Position numbers and translations under genes: made by a program. A DNA stretch of 63,712 nucleotides, the filler included, from an uncultured Methanosarcinales archaeon (lineage in GTDB: Archaea > Nanobdellota > Nanobdellia > Woesearchaeales > GW2011-AR9): the NCBI GenBank assembly GCA_964434885.1. It is 9 parts of 9 records of this genome, joined end to end, with 100 filler letters (N's around TTAATTAATTAA, not from the genome) between each part and the next. Parts side by side here need not be neighbours in the genome. Positions count along the whole stretch, not along the records: positions 40,251 to 47,440 come from CAYSWQ010000045.1; positions 47,541 to 54,487 come from CAYSWQ010000047.1; 7 more parts are not named here. One strand, given 5' to 3'. Of this stretch, positions 40,290-50,666 are shown in pieces (within the stretch, counting starts at the first letter, position 1; each line of letters starts with the position of its first letter). A model generated the notes under the pieces. It was not told the origin of the DNA and searched no databases. It saw only the letters and a list, made by a program, of their open reading frames with translations.

Positions 40290-41957
40290 TTACCTTTTTC
40301 CTTTAAAAGTTTTTACCATATAAGTTCCTTCCTTCTTATACCCCAATTTCCGATAATACCCTCGCACCCCAATTCCACTAATAACAGAAATTTTACCAAT
40401 CCCTTTCCCCAACACGATCTCTTCCGCCACATTCATCAATTTTTTCCCTAAACCTTTATGCTGCACATTACCTTTCCCTCCAATTCCAACAGCTGTACCA
40501 TAAACATGTAATTCTCTAATCCCTGCCTGACCATCAACAATCCTCAAACGACAAAAACCCAACAATAAGTCCTTCTCCAAGACAGAAATAAAATATTCTT
40601 CTCCACCAGAAGCCAAATATTTTTTAACTTTAATTTTAACTTTTCTAAAATCTATTTTCTCACCTCGGGGCTCCCGACACCTAATACATCTGCATTTTGG
40701 TTTAAATTTCTGATGGATATATTGTCTTAAATTAGTCATCCCCACACCAGCAATAGTTTGATAAGTTGGAATATCTCTTTGCACTCTCATTAAACGACAA
40801 TAAATAGGTATCTTTTCTTTAAACCAAGCAATCAATTTAGCTGCCCTTTCAGTATCTAATGGTTTATAATCTCCTTTCTCATACAAAGAATACAATTTTG
40901 TGCCTTTGGTAACCATACAAGGATAGATCTTCAATGCATCTGGTTTAAAATTAGAATCTTTAAACAATTTCAACATCATTTGTTTATCTTTAGCAATAGA
41001 GCTTCCTAATAAACCTGGCATGATATGGTATCCTACTTTTAACAAACTATTCTTCATTAGTTTAGTAGAAAGAACAATTTCATCAACACCATGTCCCCGA
41101 TTTATTTTTCTCAAAACATCATCATCTAACTGTTGTACTCCTAATTCCACCCTAGTACAACCCAATTTTAACATTTGTTTAATTTCTTTTTCCATACAAT
41201 AATCTGGCCGAGTTTCAATACATAAAGCAACCCCTTTGATTTTGGCATTTTCATTCTTAATCTGTTCTTTTTCCAAAGCCCCAGTTTCAAATTTTCCTTT
41301 TAATTTCCACAATTTTTTCTGAATCCGATTAACCCTTTTCTGATCCGTTAAATCTTCAACTGGTAATTCAAAGAAGTTCTTGAACTTAGAAAAATTAAAC
41401 TCATTTCCACGAAAAAACAACTTACTAAAATCATTCATTGCTTTAAAAGCTCCCCAAATAAATGAATCTTGATAATGAACAGATAAACTTGGAAAAGTAC
41501 CACCCATAATTATCAATTCCACTTTTTCCATATTATGTCCTAATAACACATATTGTTCTAACCTGTTAAAAACTTGCAAATAAGAATCATACTTATTTCT
41601 AATCCCTCGCATAGTGGCTGGTTCTCGCCCAGTATAGGATTGGGGAACATCACCAAAGTGACTTCCAACTCCACCCGGACACATTAAACAAGGACCAATT
41701 GTTTTAGCATGCGGACATAAATGTGGCTTGGTCATGATCGCTACCGGAGCAACACCAGAAATAGTCCTTGTTGGTTTAGTCAATAATTTCTTTTTTAAAA
41801 TAGCCAAATCAGTACCAGAAGCATTTAACAATATCTCAATATTGGTGGGAATCTTTTTAAAGCCATATTTCAAAGCCAAATCCCTTTTCAATTTAGCTAA
41901 TTGCTTAGCATTATACTGCTTTTTCTTCAGTTTTTCAATCAACTCCACATAAAACAT
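40290..41957 (-). CDS. elp3: Elp3 radical SAM/GNAT tRNA U34 modification enzyme
   Basis: RTISGVAPVA, CPH..CLMCPGG, QSYTG.EP, ETRPD, RVQRDIP, RELHVYG, QHKGLG. Confidence 0.95.
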   Translation of the reverse strand: MFYVELIEKLKKKQYNAKQLAKLKRDLALKYGFKKIPTNIEILLNASGTDLAILKKKLLTKPTRTISGVAPVAIMTKPHLCPHAKTIGPCLMCPGGVGSHFGDVPQSYTGREPATMRGIRNKYDSYLQVFNRLEQYVLLGHNMEKVELIIMGGTFPSLSVHYQDSFIWGAFKAMNDFSKLFFRGNEFNFSKFKNFFELPVEDLTDQKRVNRIQKKLWKLKGKFETGALEKEQIKNENAKIKGVALCIETRPDYCMEKEIKQMLKLGCTRVELGVQQLDDDVLRKINRGHGVDEIVLSTKLMKNSLLKVGYHIMPGLLGSSIAKDKQMMLKLFKDSNFKPDALKIYPCMVTKGTKLYSLYEKGDYKPLDTERAAKLIAWFKEKIPIYCRLMRVQRDIPTYQTIAGVGMTNLRQYIHQKFKPKCRCIRCREPRGEKIDFRKVKIKVKKYLASGGEEYFISVLEKDLLLGFCRLRIVDGQAGIRELHVYGTAVGIGGKGNVQHKGLGKKLMNVAEEIVLGKGIGKISVISGIGVRGYYRKLGYKKEGTYMVKTFKGKR

Positions 41958-42010
41958 ATTACTTATTTTTACCCGAAATCTTTATAAACCTTTCACTCAA
42001 TCAACACAAA

Positions 42011-42301
42011 ATGGTAACTAGAATCGGTAAAAGCAGAAGGAAAACTCGAAGTAAATTAAAGCAACATTATCGTAAAAAGGGAAAAGTTTCTTTGAGCCAG
42101 TATTTTCAAGAATTAGAACCTGGTGACAAAGTTGCTTTAGTAGCTAATCCCAATGTAATTAAAGGTATGTATTTCCCTAGATTTCATGGAAGAGTTGCTA
42201 CTGTAGTTAACAAAAGAGGTTTCTGTTATCAAGTCTCCTTAAAAGATGGTCGTAAAGAAAAAAAATTCAACGTACATCCTATTCATTTAAAGAAATTATA
42301 A
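42011..42301 (+). CDS. rpl21e: 50S ribosomal protein eL21
   Basis: RRKTRSKL, GDKV, RFHGR, HPIHLK. Confidence 0.96.
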   Translation: MVTRIGKSRRKTRSKLKQHYRKKGKVSLSQYFQELEPGDKVALVANPNVIKGMYFPRFHGRVATVVNKRGFCYQVSLKDGRKEKKFNVHPIHLKKL

Positions 42302-42305
42302 GAAA

Positions 42306-42656
42306 ATGCCAAACCCAAAATTAATCGAAGAAAAACCTGTAACTTTGGTTGATCTAAAGACAGATTTAGAAAAAATAGAAAAAAGAGATAAAGAATTAAA
42401 TTACCGCTCAAATAAAACTCAAGAATATATTAATCATTTTGTTACTTTAACTAAAGAGAAAAAAGAGGAACTGCAAAAGAAATTGATTGATTTAGATATG
42501 GTTAGATTAAAAGAAGCCCATATTATTAAAATTATTGATTTCTTGCCAAAAGATGTTGATGAACTAAAAGTAATTCTTCAAGCTTATCCAGTTAACATGC
42601 CTAAAAAAGACATGGACAGTATTATTGCTTTGGTCAAGGATTTTCGGACTGAATAA
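42306..42656 (+). CDS. rpoF: RNA polymerase subunit Rpo4 (F)
   Basis: KIIDFLPKDVDELK; conserved L21e-RpoF-DUF655 gene order. Confidence 0.88.
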   Translation: MPNPKLIEEKPVTLVDLKTDLEKIEKRDKELNYRSNKTQEYINHFVTLTKEKKEELQKKLIDLDMVRLKEAHIIKIIDFLPKDVDELKVILQAYPVNMPKKDMDSIIALVKDFRTE

Positions 42657-42696
42657 GCGTAATTTTTATTAACTTCAAAGAAATACCTAATGTAAA

Positions 42697-43257
42697 ATGG
42701 AAGAAAGAAGACCACAACCAAGAGAAGAGAAAGCCATCATCCTAGATTTTCTAGAACATGGTTATCCAATGGACAATAGTCCAATGAAGACTGCAGTAGC
42801 TCAAGCAATTGGTTTGAATCATTTAACTATTTTAGAATTAATTCCTAAAAAAGGAATTGCTTTACAACCACATGAAGAAGTTTATATTGGAGAAGGTAAA
42901 AGAGAAAAAATCCATCATATTAAAGGTAGGATTGAACATGACAAATTAACTAATACTGCTAGAAACGAATTAATTCATGTTATTGAAGAAATTATTGCTA
43001 AAAATGAAGAGAGATTTATTCAATTCTTCAATAAAGCCCAACCTTTAAGCACCAGAATGCATCAATTAGAATTATTGCCTGGTTTGGGAAAGAAACATAT
43101 GTGGGAAATTTTAGAAGCTAGAAGAGAAAAACCTTTCGAAAATTTCACCGATTTAAAGAACAGGGTTAAATTACTTCCAGATCCCACTAGGGTTGTAGTG
43201 AAAAGAATTATGTCTGAATTAGAAGGTAAAGAAAAGTATAGAATTTTTGTTAGTTAA
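42697..43257 (+). CDS. DUF655 family predicted RNA-binding protein
   Basis: LDFLEHG, QAIG..LEL, RMHQLELLPGLGKK. Confidence 0.92.
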   Translation: MEERRPQPREEKAIILDFLEHGYPMDNSPMKTAVAQAIGLNHLTILELIPKKGIALQPHEEVYIGEGKREKIHHIKGRIEHDKLTNTARNELIHVIEEIIAKNEERFIQFFNKAQPLSTRMHQLELLPGLGKKHMWEILEARREKPFENFTDLKNRVKLLPDPTRVVVKRIMSELEGKEKYRIFVS

Positions 43258-43526
43258 TGCTCTATCTCAAATTCATCAAATTCTTCTTTATATTTTCTTT
43301 CAATTTTTTTACAATCAGTTACTTTAGCTAAGATTGGTCCTTTTTGACATAATTTATACAACCTATCCACTTTTTCATCTTCACCTTCAGCCACCACTTC
43401 CACTTTCTTACCAACATTCTTAACATAACCAGTCAATCCTAATTTCTTAGCCATTCTACGAACAAAATACCTAAATCCCACCATTTGTACCCATCCAGAA
43501 ATAATCAATTTTATTCTTTTTTCCAT
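43254..43526 (-). CDS. acyP: Acylphosphatase
   Basis: SGWVQMVGFR, GYVKN, VEVVAEG; ATG at 43526 with GGTGG SD. Confidence 0.92.
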   Translation of the reverse strand: MEKRIKLIISGWVQMVGFRYFVRRMAKKLGLTGYVKNVGKKVEVVAEGEDEKVDRLYKLCQKGPILAKVTDCKKIERKYKEEFDEFEIEH

Positions 43527-43527
43527 T

Positions 43528-43881
43528 TTAATTCCACCTATATTTTTGATTGTATTCTTTTGTTTTCTCGTATTTCTTTTCAACTGGAAAAGCAACTTCT
43601 ACCTTGGCTGCAGTTCTCGCTCGAGTTTCTTCTTCCCGTGTTGTATGAGTACTTTCATGTACATCAGTATCATACTTTTCTTGTACATCAATTTCCAATA
43701 TAGTACTCAAATCTATTTTCCCACTACCTAAATAAGTTCGCCCATATAATCCACGACATTGATTTTCTGGCAACCAATTTTCAATATGAGTTAAAGGAAT
43801 AGTATTTAACACACTTTCTCTTCTTTGCTTCCTAAACTTTTCCAAATAGTCATCTATTTGATTAGAATATGTTGAAGACAT
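43528..43881 (-). CDS. Small HEXXH-motif protein
   Basis: GLYGRTY..IDL..TDVHESTH..EEETR; TAATG coupling to the upstream gene. Confidence 0.65.
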   Translation of the reverse strand: MSSTYSNQIDDYLEKFRKQRRESVLNTIPLTHIENWLPENQCRGLYGRTYLGSGKIDLSTILEIDVQEKYDTDVHESTHTTREEETRARTAAKVEVAFPVEKKYEKTKEYNQKYRWN

Positions 43882-44267
43882 TATCTCCATTTAATATCTT
43901 TCTTTTTCTCTTTCACCAGTTTTTTCAGTCCAGCTTTTTTAGCTTTCCTCAACAACCCTTGACCAATCTTTCTTAATCTGATTCCATTGATGTCTGTATC
44001 ATTTTGCAAATAATCATAATATGTTAAAACTCCATCTAATTTTTTTATTTGGTGTTCTATATTTTTTGTTTCTAAATTTTCATGTATCACTTTTGCATCA
44101 TGGATCATACATCTTAGTTTTTCTACTCTCAAAATTAACTCTTTAACATTGATCTCTTCTAGAAACTCAATTACTGCATCTAAATCATCTTCTGCACTAG
44201 CTTCCTTAAACTCACTCTTTTTTACCCATCCCAACTTTTGCCAAATCTTCCAATCATTAACGGCCAT
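43881..44267 (-). CDS. Hypothetical helical protein
   Basis: 128-aa ORF with a TATA-like element upstream. Confidence 0.7.
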   Translation of the reverse strand: MAVNDWKIWQKLGWVKKSEFKEASAEDDLDAVIEFLEEINVKELILRVEKLRCMIHDAKVIHENLETKNIEHQIKKLDGVLTYYDYLQNDTDINGIRLRKIGQGLLRKAKKAGLKKLVKEKKKDIKWR

Positions 44268-44306
44268 ACCTTAAGTAATCTTTTTTTGATTATAAATGTT
44301 TTCTTT

Positions 44307-45233
44307 TTAATCTTTAATTACTTCAACAATCCCTTTAATATGTTCTACAGATCTTCTCAAATCACTTTTTTCTGTTTCATTTAAATCTAATTCTACTACT
44401 TTCTCTGCTCCTTCTTTTCCCAACATTACTGGAACACCTACAAACAAATCTTTTACGCCATACTCTCCATTTAACAAAACAGAACAAGGCAACACTTTCT
44501 TTTGATCTTTAACAATTGCTTCTACCATTTCAGCAATAGATAATCCTGGAGCAAAAAAGGCACTTCCGGTTTTTAATAACTTAACAATTTCTGCCCCCCC
44601 TTCTTTTACTCTTTGTACAATCTCTTTAATCCTCTCTCCTGCAATCAGCTCACGAATACCTTGACCATTAACTTTACAATTACTCAGTACTGGAACCATT
44701 AGATCCCCATGACTTCCTAACACCATTGCCTCTACTTGATTAACATCTGCTTTTAATTCTTCAGCTAAAAAAGTTCTAAATCTAGCTGTATCTAAAACAC
44801 CAGCCATTCCAATAACTCTTTCTTTTGGAAATCCACTTAATTTATATGCCAACTGCACCATTGCATCTAATGGATTAGTTACAATTATCAATATACCATT
44901 TGGTGAAAACTTCACTACTTCACCCACTACCGAAGTCATAATTTTTTTATTAGTTTCAATTAAATCTTCTCTAGTCATTCCTGGTTTTCTAGCTATTCCT
45001 GCTGTAATCACCACAATATCAGAATCTGCACTATCAGAATAATTATTACTTCCTTTAATTTGTACATTAGAACCAGCAATCGGCATCGCTTCCAACAAAT
45101 CTAGGGCTTTCCCTTGCGGCATCCCTTCTACAACATCTACTAAAACAACTTCCTCAACCATCTTCCGTAAAGCCACGTAAAAAGCAGCCTGACTACCAAC
45201 ATTACCTGCACCCACAATAGTTAATTTTGACAT
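44307..45233 (-). CDS. mdh: Malate dehydrogenase (LDH-like)
   Basis: GAGNVG, TAGIARKPGMTREDL, TNPLD, LDTARF, GSHGD. Confidence 0.95.
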   Translation of the reverse strand: MSKLTIVGAGNVGSQAAFYVALRKMVEEVVLVDVVEGMPQGKALDLLEAMPIAGSNVQIKGSNNYSDSADSDIVVITAGIARKPGMTREDLIETNKKIMTSVVGEVVKFSPNGILIIVTNPLDAMVQLAYKLSGFPKERVIGMAGVLDTARFRTFLAEELKADVNQVEAMVLGSHGDLMVPVLSNCKVNGQGIRELIAGERIKEIVQRVKEGGAEIVKLLKTGSAFFAPGLSIAEMVEAIVKDQKKVLPCSVLLNGEYGVKDLFVGVPVMLGKEGAEKVVELDLNETEKSDLRRSVEHIKGIVEVIKD

Positions 45234-45266
45234 TTATACCACCAACAAAAACAAAAAATCCAAAGT

Positions 45267-45983
45267 TTATAATTCTTGTGGACGGAATGTTAGTTGCAAA
45301 GCCTCAATAGAATATTTTAAATCTAATTTCTTCAATTTTTTAACTGCATGATGAACTTTTTGTTCAGCGTTACCTTTTAATAAATAATGTAGATCAGGCT
45401 CTTGTGGATCAGGCTCTTTTCCTGTTAAAGCTCCCATTCCTAAAGCTCCCAATGAAGCTACGGCGCCAGGTATCCATAATCCGGACGCTAATAAGCATCC
45501 ACTAACCACACTCCAACCTACAGAGTTAATACTACAAAAATTGCTGACCTTATACTTCAAATTTGGTTCTTTTCCTAGAATAACATAAGGCAAATTATCT
45601 TCTAAAACTTTCTGTTCTTTTTTTGAAGTCTGTACATAAAAAAAACCAGAACGATTAATCCTTTCTTTACTAAAAATATTTATTAAATCTTGTCCAATCA
45701 CTAAATTATCTTTACCACCTTCTCCTCTTGAATACATCTCAACTACACTATCTCGAAAATACTCACTATGAACTTCTTGAAGTGAATAACCGAGATCAAA
45801 TAGTAAACCTTGCAATTCACCAGTTCTTTCCAGATCACAAAGTCTTTGATTGCTTTCCCACCACTCTCTCACATCATCACTTTCCAAATCTTTTAAATAA
45901 TAATTTATATCACTAACTCTACCTTCTAATAATTCTTCCCTTCCATCTCGAAATGGAGCTAATTCATCTATTTTACGAACCAT
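45267..45983 (-). CDS. Hypothetical protein with a hydrophobic hairpin
   Basis: 238-aa ORF; hydrophobic Gly-rich stretch at about aa 155-190. Confidence 0.7.
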   Translation of the reverse strand: MVRKIDELAPFRDGREELLEGRVSDINYYLKDLESDDVREWWESNQRLCDLERTGELQGLLFDLGYSLQEVHSEYFRDSVVEMYSRGEGGKDNLVIGQDLINIFSKERINRSGFFYVQTSKKEQKVLEDNLPYVILGKEPNLKYKVSNFCSINSVGWSVVSGCLLASGLWIPGAVASLGALGMGALTGKEPDPQEPDLHYLLKGNAEQKVHHAVKKLKKLDLKYSIEALQLTFRPQEL

Positions 45984-46049
45984 TCTTTAATCCTAGAAAC
46001 ACCTACTTTTTCAAAGCTTAATTAGTTTTTAAACCTTATGCCTTCCAAT

Positions 46050-47318
46050 TTAATTTCTTACTTCTAAACAAGCCAAATAAATATTCTCAAACACTTGCTC
46101 AATATCCTCAACAGACAAACTAGCAAAAGTAATTCTAATCAAATTACCAAAAACAATCACGCCAGTATCATATTTCTCCAACAACTTTTGTCTAACTAAT
46201 TCAGCATCCACTTGAACTTCCACACACATAAAATAGCCAGAATTAAAAGGTAAAGTAGTAAATACTTCTTTAAACTTTTCATCTTTCAAAACTTCATTTA
46301 CTTTTTCATAACGTGCTTGCAATTGATTAAACTTTTCTAACTTCTCCACTTCATATTCTGAAGATTCATAAGCAGACAAAACTAAACTTTGAGATAGATT
46401 AGAAGTATTAGAAATATTCCCTCTAATTGCTCCCGCAGTTTTATCTTCCAAAATAGAATAACAACCAATTCCTTTTCCACCATAAGTTAAAAAACCAACC
46501 CTTAATCCCCAAACATAATCTTCTTTAGTGGATCCATCGACTTTAACTGCTAAAACATTCTCGTGTAAATCTGCTAACTTTCCAAATAAACTTTCTCTCA
46601 TTACACCACTTTCATAAACTAATCCAAAGTAAGCATCATCCAGAACCACTAATATCTCTTGACCTTGTTCAGCACTTTCTTTAATAATCTCTATCATTCG
46701 ACTTGCTTCTTCATCAGTTAAAGTATATCCAGTTGGGTTATTAGGAAAATTTAACAAAACAATTTTCTTCCCATCACCAGAATTTAATTTTTCCTTAAAA
46801 GCAACCAAATCAAAACCATTGTTGAAAGTATTAAAACCATCTAACTTCCCACCATAACCATGTTCAAAAATCAATTTATAATTGCCCCAAAATTTATCAG
46901 TAAGAATAATTTTATCTCCTGGATCAACAAACAAATAACCAACCATACTTAATCCATGGGTTAAAGCTTGAGTAATAACAGGCAAACTAAATGAAGATTT
47001 CAAACTAGGGTTTTTCTTCATAATTAATTCTTTCCATTTCTTTCTTAATTCTAATTTCCCATAACTGCCAACATAAGGAAAAATATCTTTATTTTCTAGT
47101 TTAATTTTATCAGCAATCGCTTTTAACACAAATGGCTCTTCTTTTTCAATTGCGATTCCTAATGTGGCATTATATTTCTTCCCCTTTGCTTGCGCTGCTT
47201 GAGATAAAATTCCTTTCTTTGGAAAAAAGATTTCTTTCCCCTTCTGAGATAATAAATTATACACTGCTTTATTCTCTTCTTTAATTATATTATTTGCTTC
47301 TTCTGCTTCTGGATTCAT
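46050..47318 (-). CDS. PLP-dependent aminotransferase class I/II
   Basis: NATLG, NFPNNPTGY, DDAYFG, STKEDYVWGLRVG; likely start ATG 47318 rather than 47411. Confidence 0.9.
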   Translation of the reverse strand: MNPEAEEANNIIKEENKAVYNLLSQKGKEIFFPKKGILSQAAQAKGKKYNATLGIAIEKEEPFVLKAIADKIKLENKDIFPYVGSYGKLELRKKWKELIMKKNPSLKSSFSLPVITQALTHGLSMVGYLFVDPGDKIILTDKFWGNYKLIFEHGYGGKLDGFNTFNNGFDLVAFKEKLNSGDGKKIVLLNFPNNPTGYTLTDEEASRMIEIIKESAEQGQEILVVLDDAYFGLVYESGVMRESLFGKLADLHENVLAVKVDGSTKEDYVWGLRVGFLTYGGKGIGCYSILEDKTAGAIRGNISNTSNLSQSLVLSAYESSEYEVEKLEKFNQLQARYEKVNEVLKDEKFKEVFTTLPFNSGYFMCVEVQVDAELVRQKLLEKYDTGVIVFGNLIRITFASLSVEDIEQVFENIYLACLEVRN

Positions 47319-47710
47319 ACTCAAAAGAGTTCCTTCATCCTTTTTAAGATTAATTGTTATCAAATATACTAAATATCCTTTCAACTTTCTATTATCCCGA
47401 AACTGGGGCACATCCCTAAACTAAGGCACAATTAGATCATNNNNNNNNNNNNNNNNNNNNNNNNNNNNNNNNNNNNNNNNNNNNTTAATTAATTAANNNN
47501 NNNNNNNNNNNNNNNNNNNNNNNNNNNNNNNNNNNNNNNNTTGAATTATTCATACAAATTCTCCTTTATAAATTCGAAATAATAATGTTTTTTTTATATC
47601 AACTCAAGCTACAATTGTACAGTGCTTTGGAAGCGTTCGTTTCCCGTCAGAGTGAATTGTTCAACGAAAGATCAACAAATTCGACACTTTTAATTTTTCA
47701 TTTTTATATC

Positions 47711-47855
47711 CTCCAAACTTTATGTTTTTTAAAAGTTTGGAGTTCTTAGAAAAAGAAGTTAATTGAACAGAACTCAGAAAAAACTTTTAGATGAAAGCCG
47801 ACCCTGTTTTTAGGGAAAAAGTTTTTCTAAAGAGTTCTGTGGATCTTCTTTTTCT
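47711..47855. repeat. Intergenic inverted repeats: an 11-bp stem (47711-47742) and a 108-nt three-segment hairpin (47748-47855)
   Basis: CTCCAAACTTT/AAAGTTTGGAG; AGAAAAAGAAG/CTTCTTTTTCT; ACAGAACTC/GAGTTCTGT; AGAAAAAACTTTT/AAAAAGTTTTTCT. Confidence 0.8.
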
Positions 47856-47968
47856 GTCAAAATATCAGTAAAATTTTATCCAAATTCTTTATTAAATTTT
47901 CTGTGATTTATTGAATGTTCTTAAACAAAAAATCAACGTGTTCCTAGTAAAAATAATTGAGAGAGAAA

Positions 47969-48586
47969 TTATTCATCCTTACGATGAGTTGGCCAAGAAT
48001 GGCCAGTGTAGAATAATTCTGTTTCTTCATAAGGTAAGTGTCTCTTTAACTTAAACCAATTTTTGATCCAGTTTTCCATTTCTCTGGATTCACGATAAAG
48101 TTCTCTTTTGTGATCATCATAAATATCTTTTCTAAAAATTCTTTCACGGAATAAACGATCAAAAAAATTTAATATTTTGTTCTTTTGAAACATTCTTTGA
48201 TAATCCAATTCTAAATAAACAGCCACAGATAATTCACACTCACCTTTGTTTACTTTAAATTTTTTACCTTGTTTTACAATCTCTGCTTTTCCAATACCCA
48301 CATTATGCCAATCAAAATCTATCCAAAAACGATAATAATTACTTCCATGAGGAACTCTTTGTGGTCGCCAACGAATCCATTGTTCTTTAAACCCAGCAGT
48401 ATCCACTTTTTCAAGATATAATATCTCATAATGATCTGTCTTGTCTTCTATATCAGTATATTCTTTTTCTTTTAACCAATCATGTAAATCAGAATAGAAC
48501 TTTCTTAAATCGAAGAAATCTTTATACTTAACTCTGAACTTAGCTATTTCCACCTTAAGTTCACTTGGAATATCTACTGCAGGCAT
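47969..48586 (-). CDS. Hypothetical protein, aromatic-rich and globular
   Basis: 205-aa ORF; no motif recognised. Confidence 0.75.
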   Translation of the reverse strand: MPAVDIPSELKVEIAKFRVKYKDFFDLRKFYSDLHDWLKEKEYTDIEDKTDHYEILYLEKVDTAGFKEQWIRWRPQRVPHGSNYYRFWIDFDWHNVGIGKAEIVKQGKKFKVNKGECELSVAVYLELDYQRMFQKNKILNFFDRLFRERIFRKDIYDDHKRELYRESREMENWIKNWFKLKRHLPYEETELFYTGHSWPTHRKDE

Positions 48587-48608
48587 ACCTAGATAAAAGA
48601 AAAGAGGT

Positions 48609-49322
48609 TTATAAATTTTTAGTCTTTTTTAATAATTTAATTGGTAGGCTGATAATTATCCACAATGTAGTTTTCAAAAAATGAAAAAAAGACAAAGGAG
48701 TTGTTTTTATATTTATTTTATTTTTTTTAATTGCTTCAAAGACTAATCTTATATTTTTTTGTGTGTTGATTAAAGAATAAGTCCTTCCTAAATCATCAAT
48801 TTTATGAACATCTGCATTTCCGACAATTGGTTTTTGATATTTTTTTGCTAACTTCATCATTTTTTTATTGGGGTTGAAAAACTTAGTATAAAAAAAAGAA
48901 TATTCCCAAGCATCAAATAAATTAAAGTGTTTGATTATTATATTTTTCAAACAAGTGTTCCCATAAAAAAAAGGGTGAGCAGCGATTACTAAAAAAGGCG
49001 AATTTTCTTTTTTCTTTTTTATTCGCCATTGTCTTAATTTTTCAAATGAATCTATTTGTTGAGATTCTTCTTCAGTAATATTATAAATTAAAACATGTTT
49101 TCCACCAATAGTTCTTTCTACTGCAGAAATCAAAAGAATATTTTTGGTTTGGGCGTATTTATTTATTTCTTCATTAAAAATTACTTTGTTGTGACAAGTA
49201 ATTGCTAAAACTTCAAAACTTTGTTTTGCAGCAGCATCAATAAGTTCTCGAGCTGAGTAGTTAACAAATCCATGGTCTTGTGGGTCTTCATGGATGTGAA
49301 TGTGAAGTTGTGATTTGAGCAT
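48609..49322 (-). CDS. PHP-domain metallohydrolase
   Basis: QLHIH, ITCHN, E..H, AHP, GNADVH. Confidence 0.85.
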   Translation of the reverse strand: MLKSQLHIHIHEDPQDHGFVNYSARELIDAAAKQSFEVLAITCHNKVIFNEEINKYAQTKNILLISAVERTIGGKHVLIYNITEEESQQIDSFEKLRQWRIKKKKENSPFLVIAAHPFFYGNTCLKNIIIKHFNLFDAWEYSFFYTKFFNPNKKMMKLAKKYQKPIVGNADVHKIDDLGRTYSLINTQKNIRLVFEAIKKNKINIKTTPLSFFHFLKTTLWIIISLPIKLLKKTKNL

Positions 49323-49424
49323 CTAAGTTTTCTTTTATTCATGCTTTATATATTTTAGGGAATATATTATCAATTTAAAAAGAAGAGTTAAGTTTTATAT
49401 ATCAGTTCTTTTTTAAACCAAAAC

Positions 49425-50630
49425 ATGTTGGTCGGAGTTGTAGGGAAACCAAATTGTGGAAAAAGTACTTTTTTTAAAGCAGCTACTTTAGCAGAGGTAG
49501 AAATAGCTAATTATCCTTTCGCAACTATCAAACCTAACGAAGGGGTAGCTTTTGTAAAAGTTGAGTGTGTAGATAAAGAATTTAATAAACAATGTAATCC
49601 ACGAAATGGTTTTTGTTTGAAAGGAAATCGTTTTGTCCCAATAGAATTGATTGATGTTGCTGGTTTAGTTCCAGGAGCGCACGAAGGAAAAGGAATGGGG
49701 AATCAGTTTTTAGATGATCTAAGACAAGCAGATGTTTTAATTCATGTCATTGATGTTTCTGGAAGCACCAATGAGAAAGGAGAATCAGTTGGTGTTGGAA
49801 GTTATGATCCAGCAGAAGATATTAAATTTCTGGAAACAGAATTAGATATGTGGTATTTGGGAATCTTGAAAAAAGGTTGGGAAAAATTTGCCCGAACTGT
49901 GATGCAAGAAAAGAAAGAAATTCATGTATCTTTGGGAAAGCAATTATCTGGTCTAAAAGTAACAGAAGAAATGGTGGAAGATGTGATTAAAGAATTGGAG
50001 TTAGATAAAGAAAAACCGAATTCTTGGAGTGAAGAAGAATTGAGAAAACTAGCTACTTCCTTGAGGAAATTAACTAAACCAATGGTTATTGCATGTAATA
50101 AAATTGATGTTCCAGGAGCTTTAGAAAATTTTTCTCGATTAAAAAAACAATTTGGTGACCATATGTTAATTGGATGTTCAGCAGAAAGTGAATTGGCATT
50201 AAGAGAAGCAGCAAAAGGAGCGTTAATTGAATATATTCCGGGAGAAAGTGATTATTTGATTACAGAACAAGGGAATTCAGTTTTAAACGACAAACAAAAA
50301 CAAGCATTGAATTTTATTAAAGAAAATATTTTAGATAAAGTTGAAAGTACGGGAGTGCAACAAGTTTTAGATAAAGCCGTTTTTGAATTGTTAAAATATA
50401 TTGCAATCTTTCCAGGAGGAGTTAATAAGTTAGAAGATCAAGATGGCAATACTCTTCCTGATTGTTTCTTGATGCCTCAAAAAACAACAGCGTTAGATTT
50501 TGCTTTCAAATTACATACTGATTTTGGAAAAAAATTTATTAGAGCTGTTGATGTTAAAACTAAAATGACTGTTGGTAAAGAGCACTTGCTCAAACATAGA
50601 GACGTGGTAGAGATTGTGAGTGGAAGGTAA
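49425..50630 (+). CDS. ychF: Obg-family YchF/Ygr210-type NTPase with TGS domain
   Basis: GKPNCGKST, NYPFATI, DVAGLVPGAHEG.GMGNQFL, NKID, AFKLHTD. Confidence 0.93.
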   Translation: MLVGVVGKPNCGKSTFFKAATLAEVEIANYPFATIKPNEGVAFVKVECVDKEFNKQCNPRNGFCLKGNRFVPIELIDVAGLVPGAHEGKGMGNQFLDDLRQADVLIHVIDVSGSTNEKGESVGVGSYDPAEDIKFLETELDMWYLGILKKGWEKFARTVMQEKKEIHVSLGKQLSGLKVTEEMVEDVIKELELDKEKPNSWSEEELRKLATSLRKLTKPMVIACNKIDVPGALENFSRLKKQFGDHMLIGCSAESELALREAAKGALIEYIPGESDYLITEQGNSVLNDKQKQALNFIKENILDKVESTGVQQVLDKAVFELLKYIAIFPGGVNKLEDQDGNTLPDCFLMPQKTTALDFAFKLHTDFGKKFIRAVDVKTKMTVGKEHLLKHRDVVEIVSGR

Positions 50631-50666
50631 AAATGCTTACTCTTATCATCTTAGCTTAGTCTCCTG

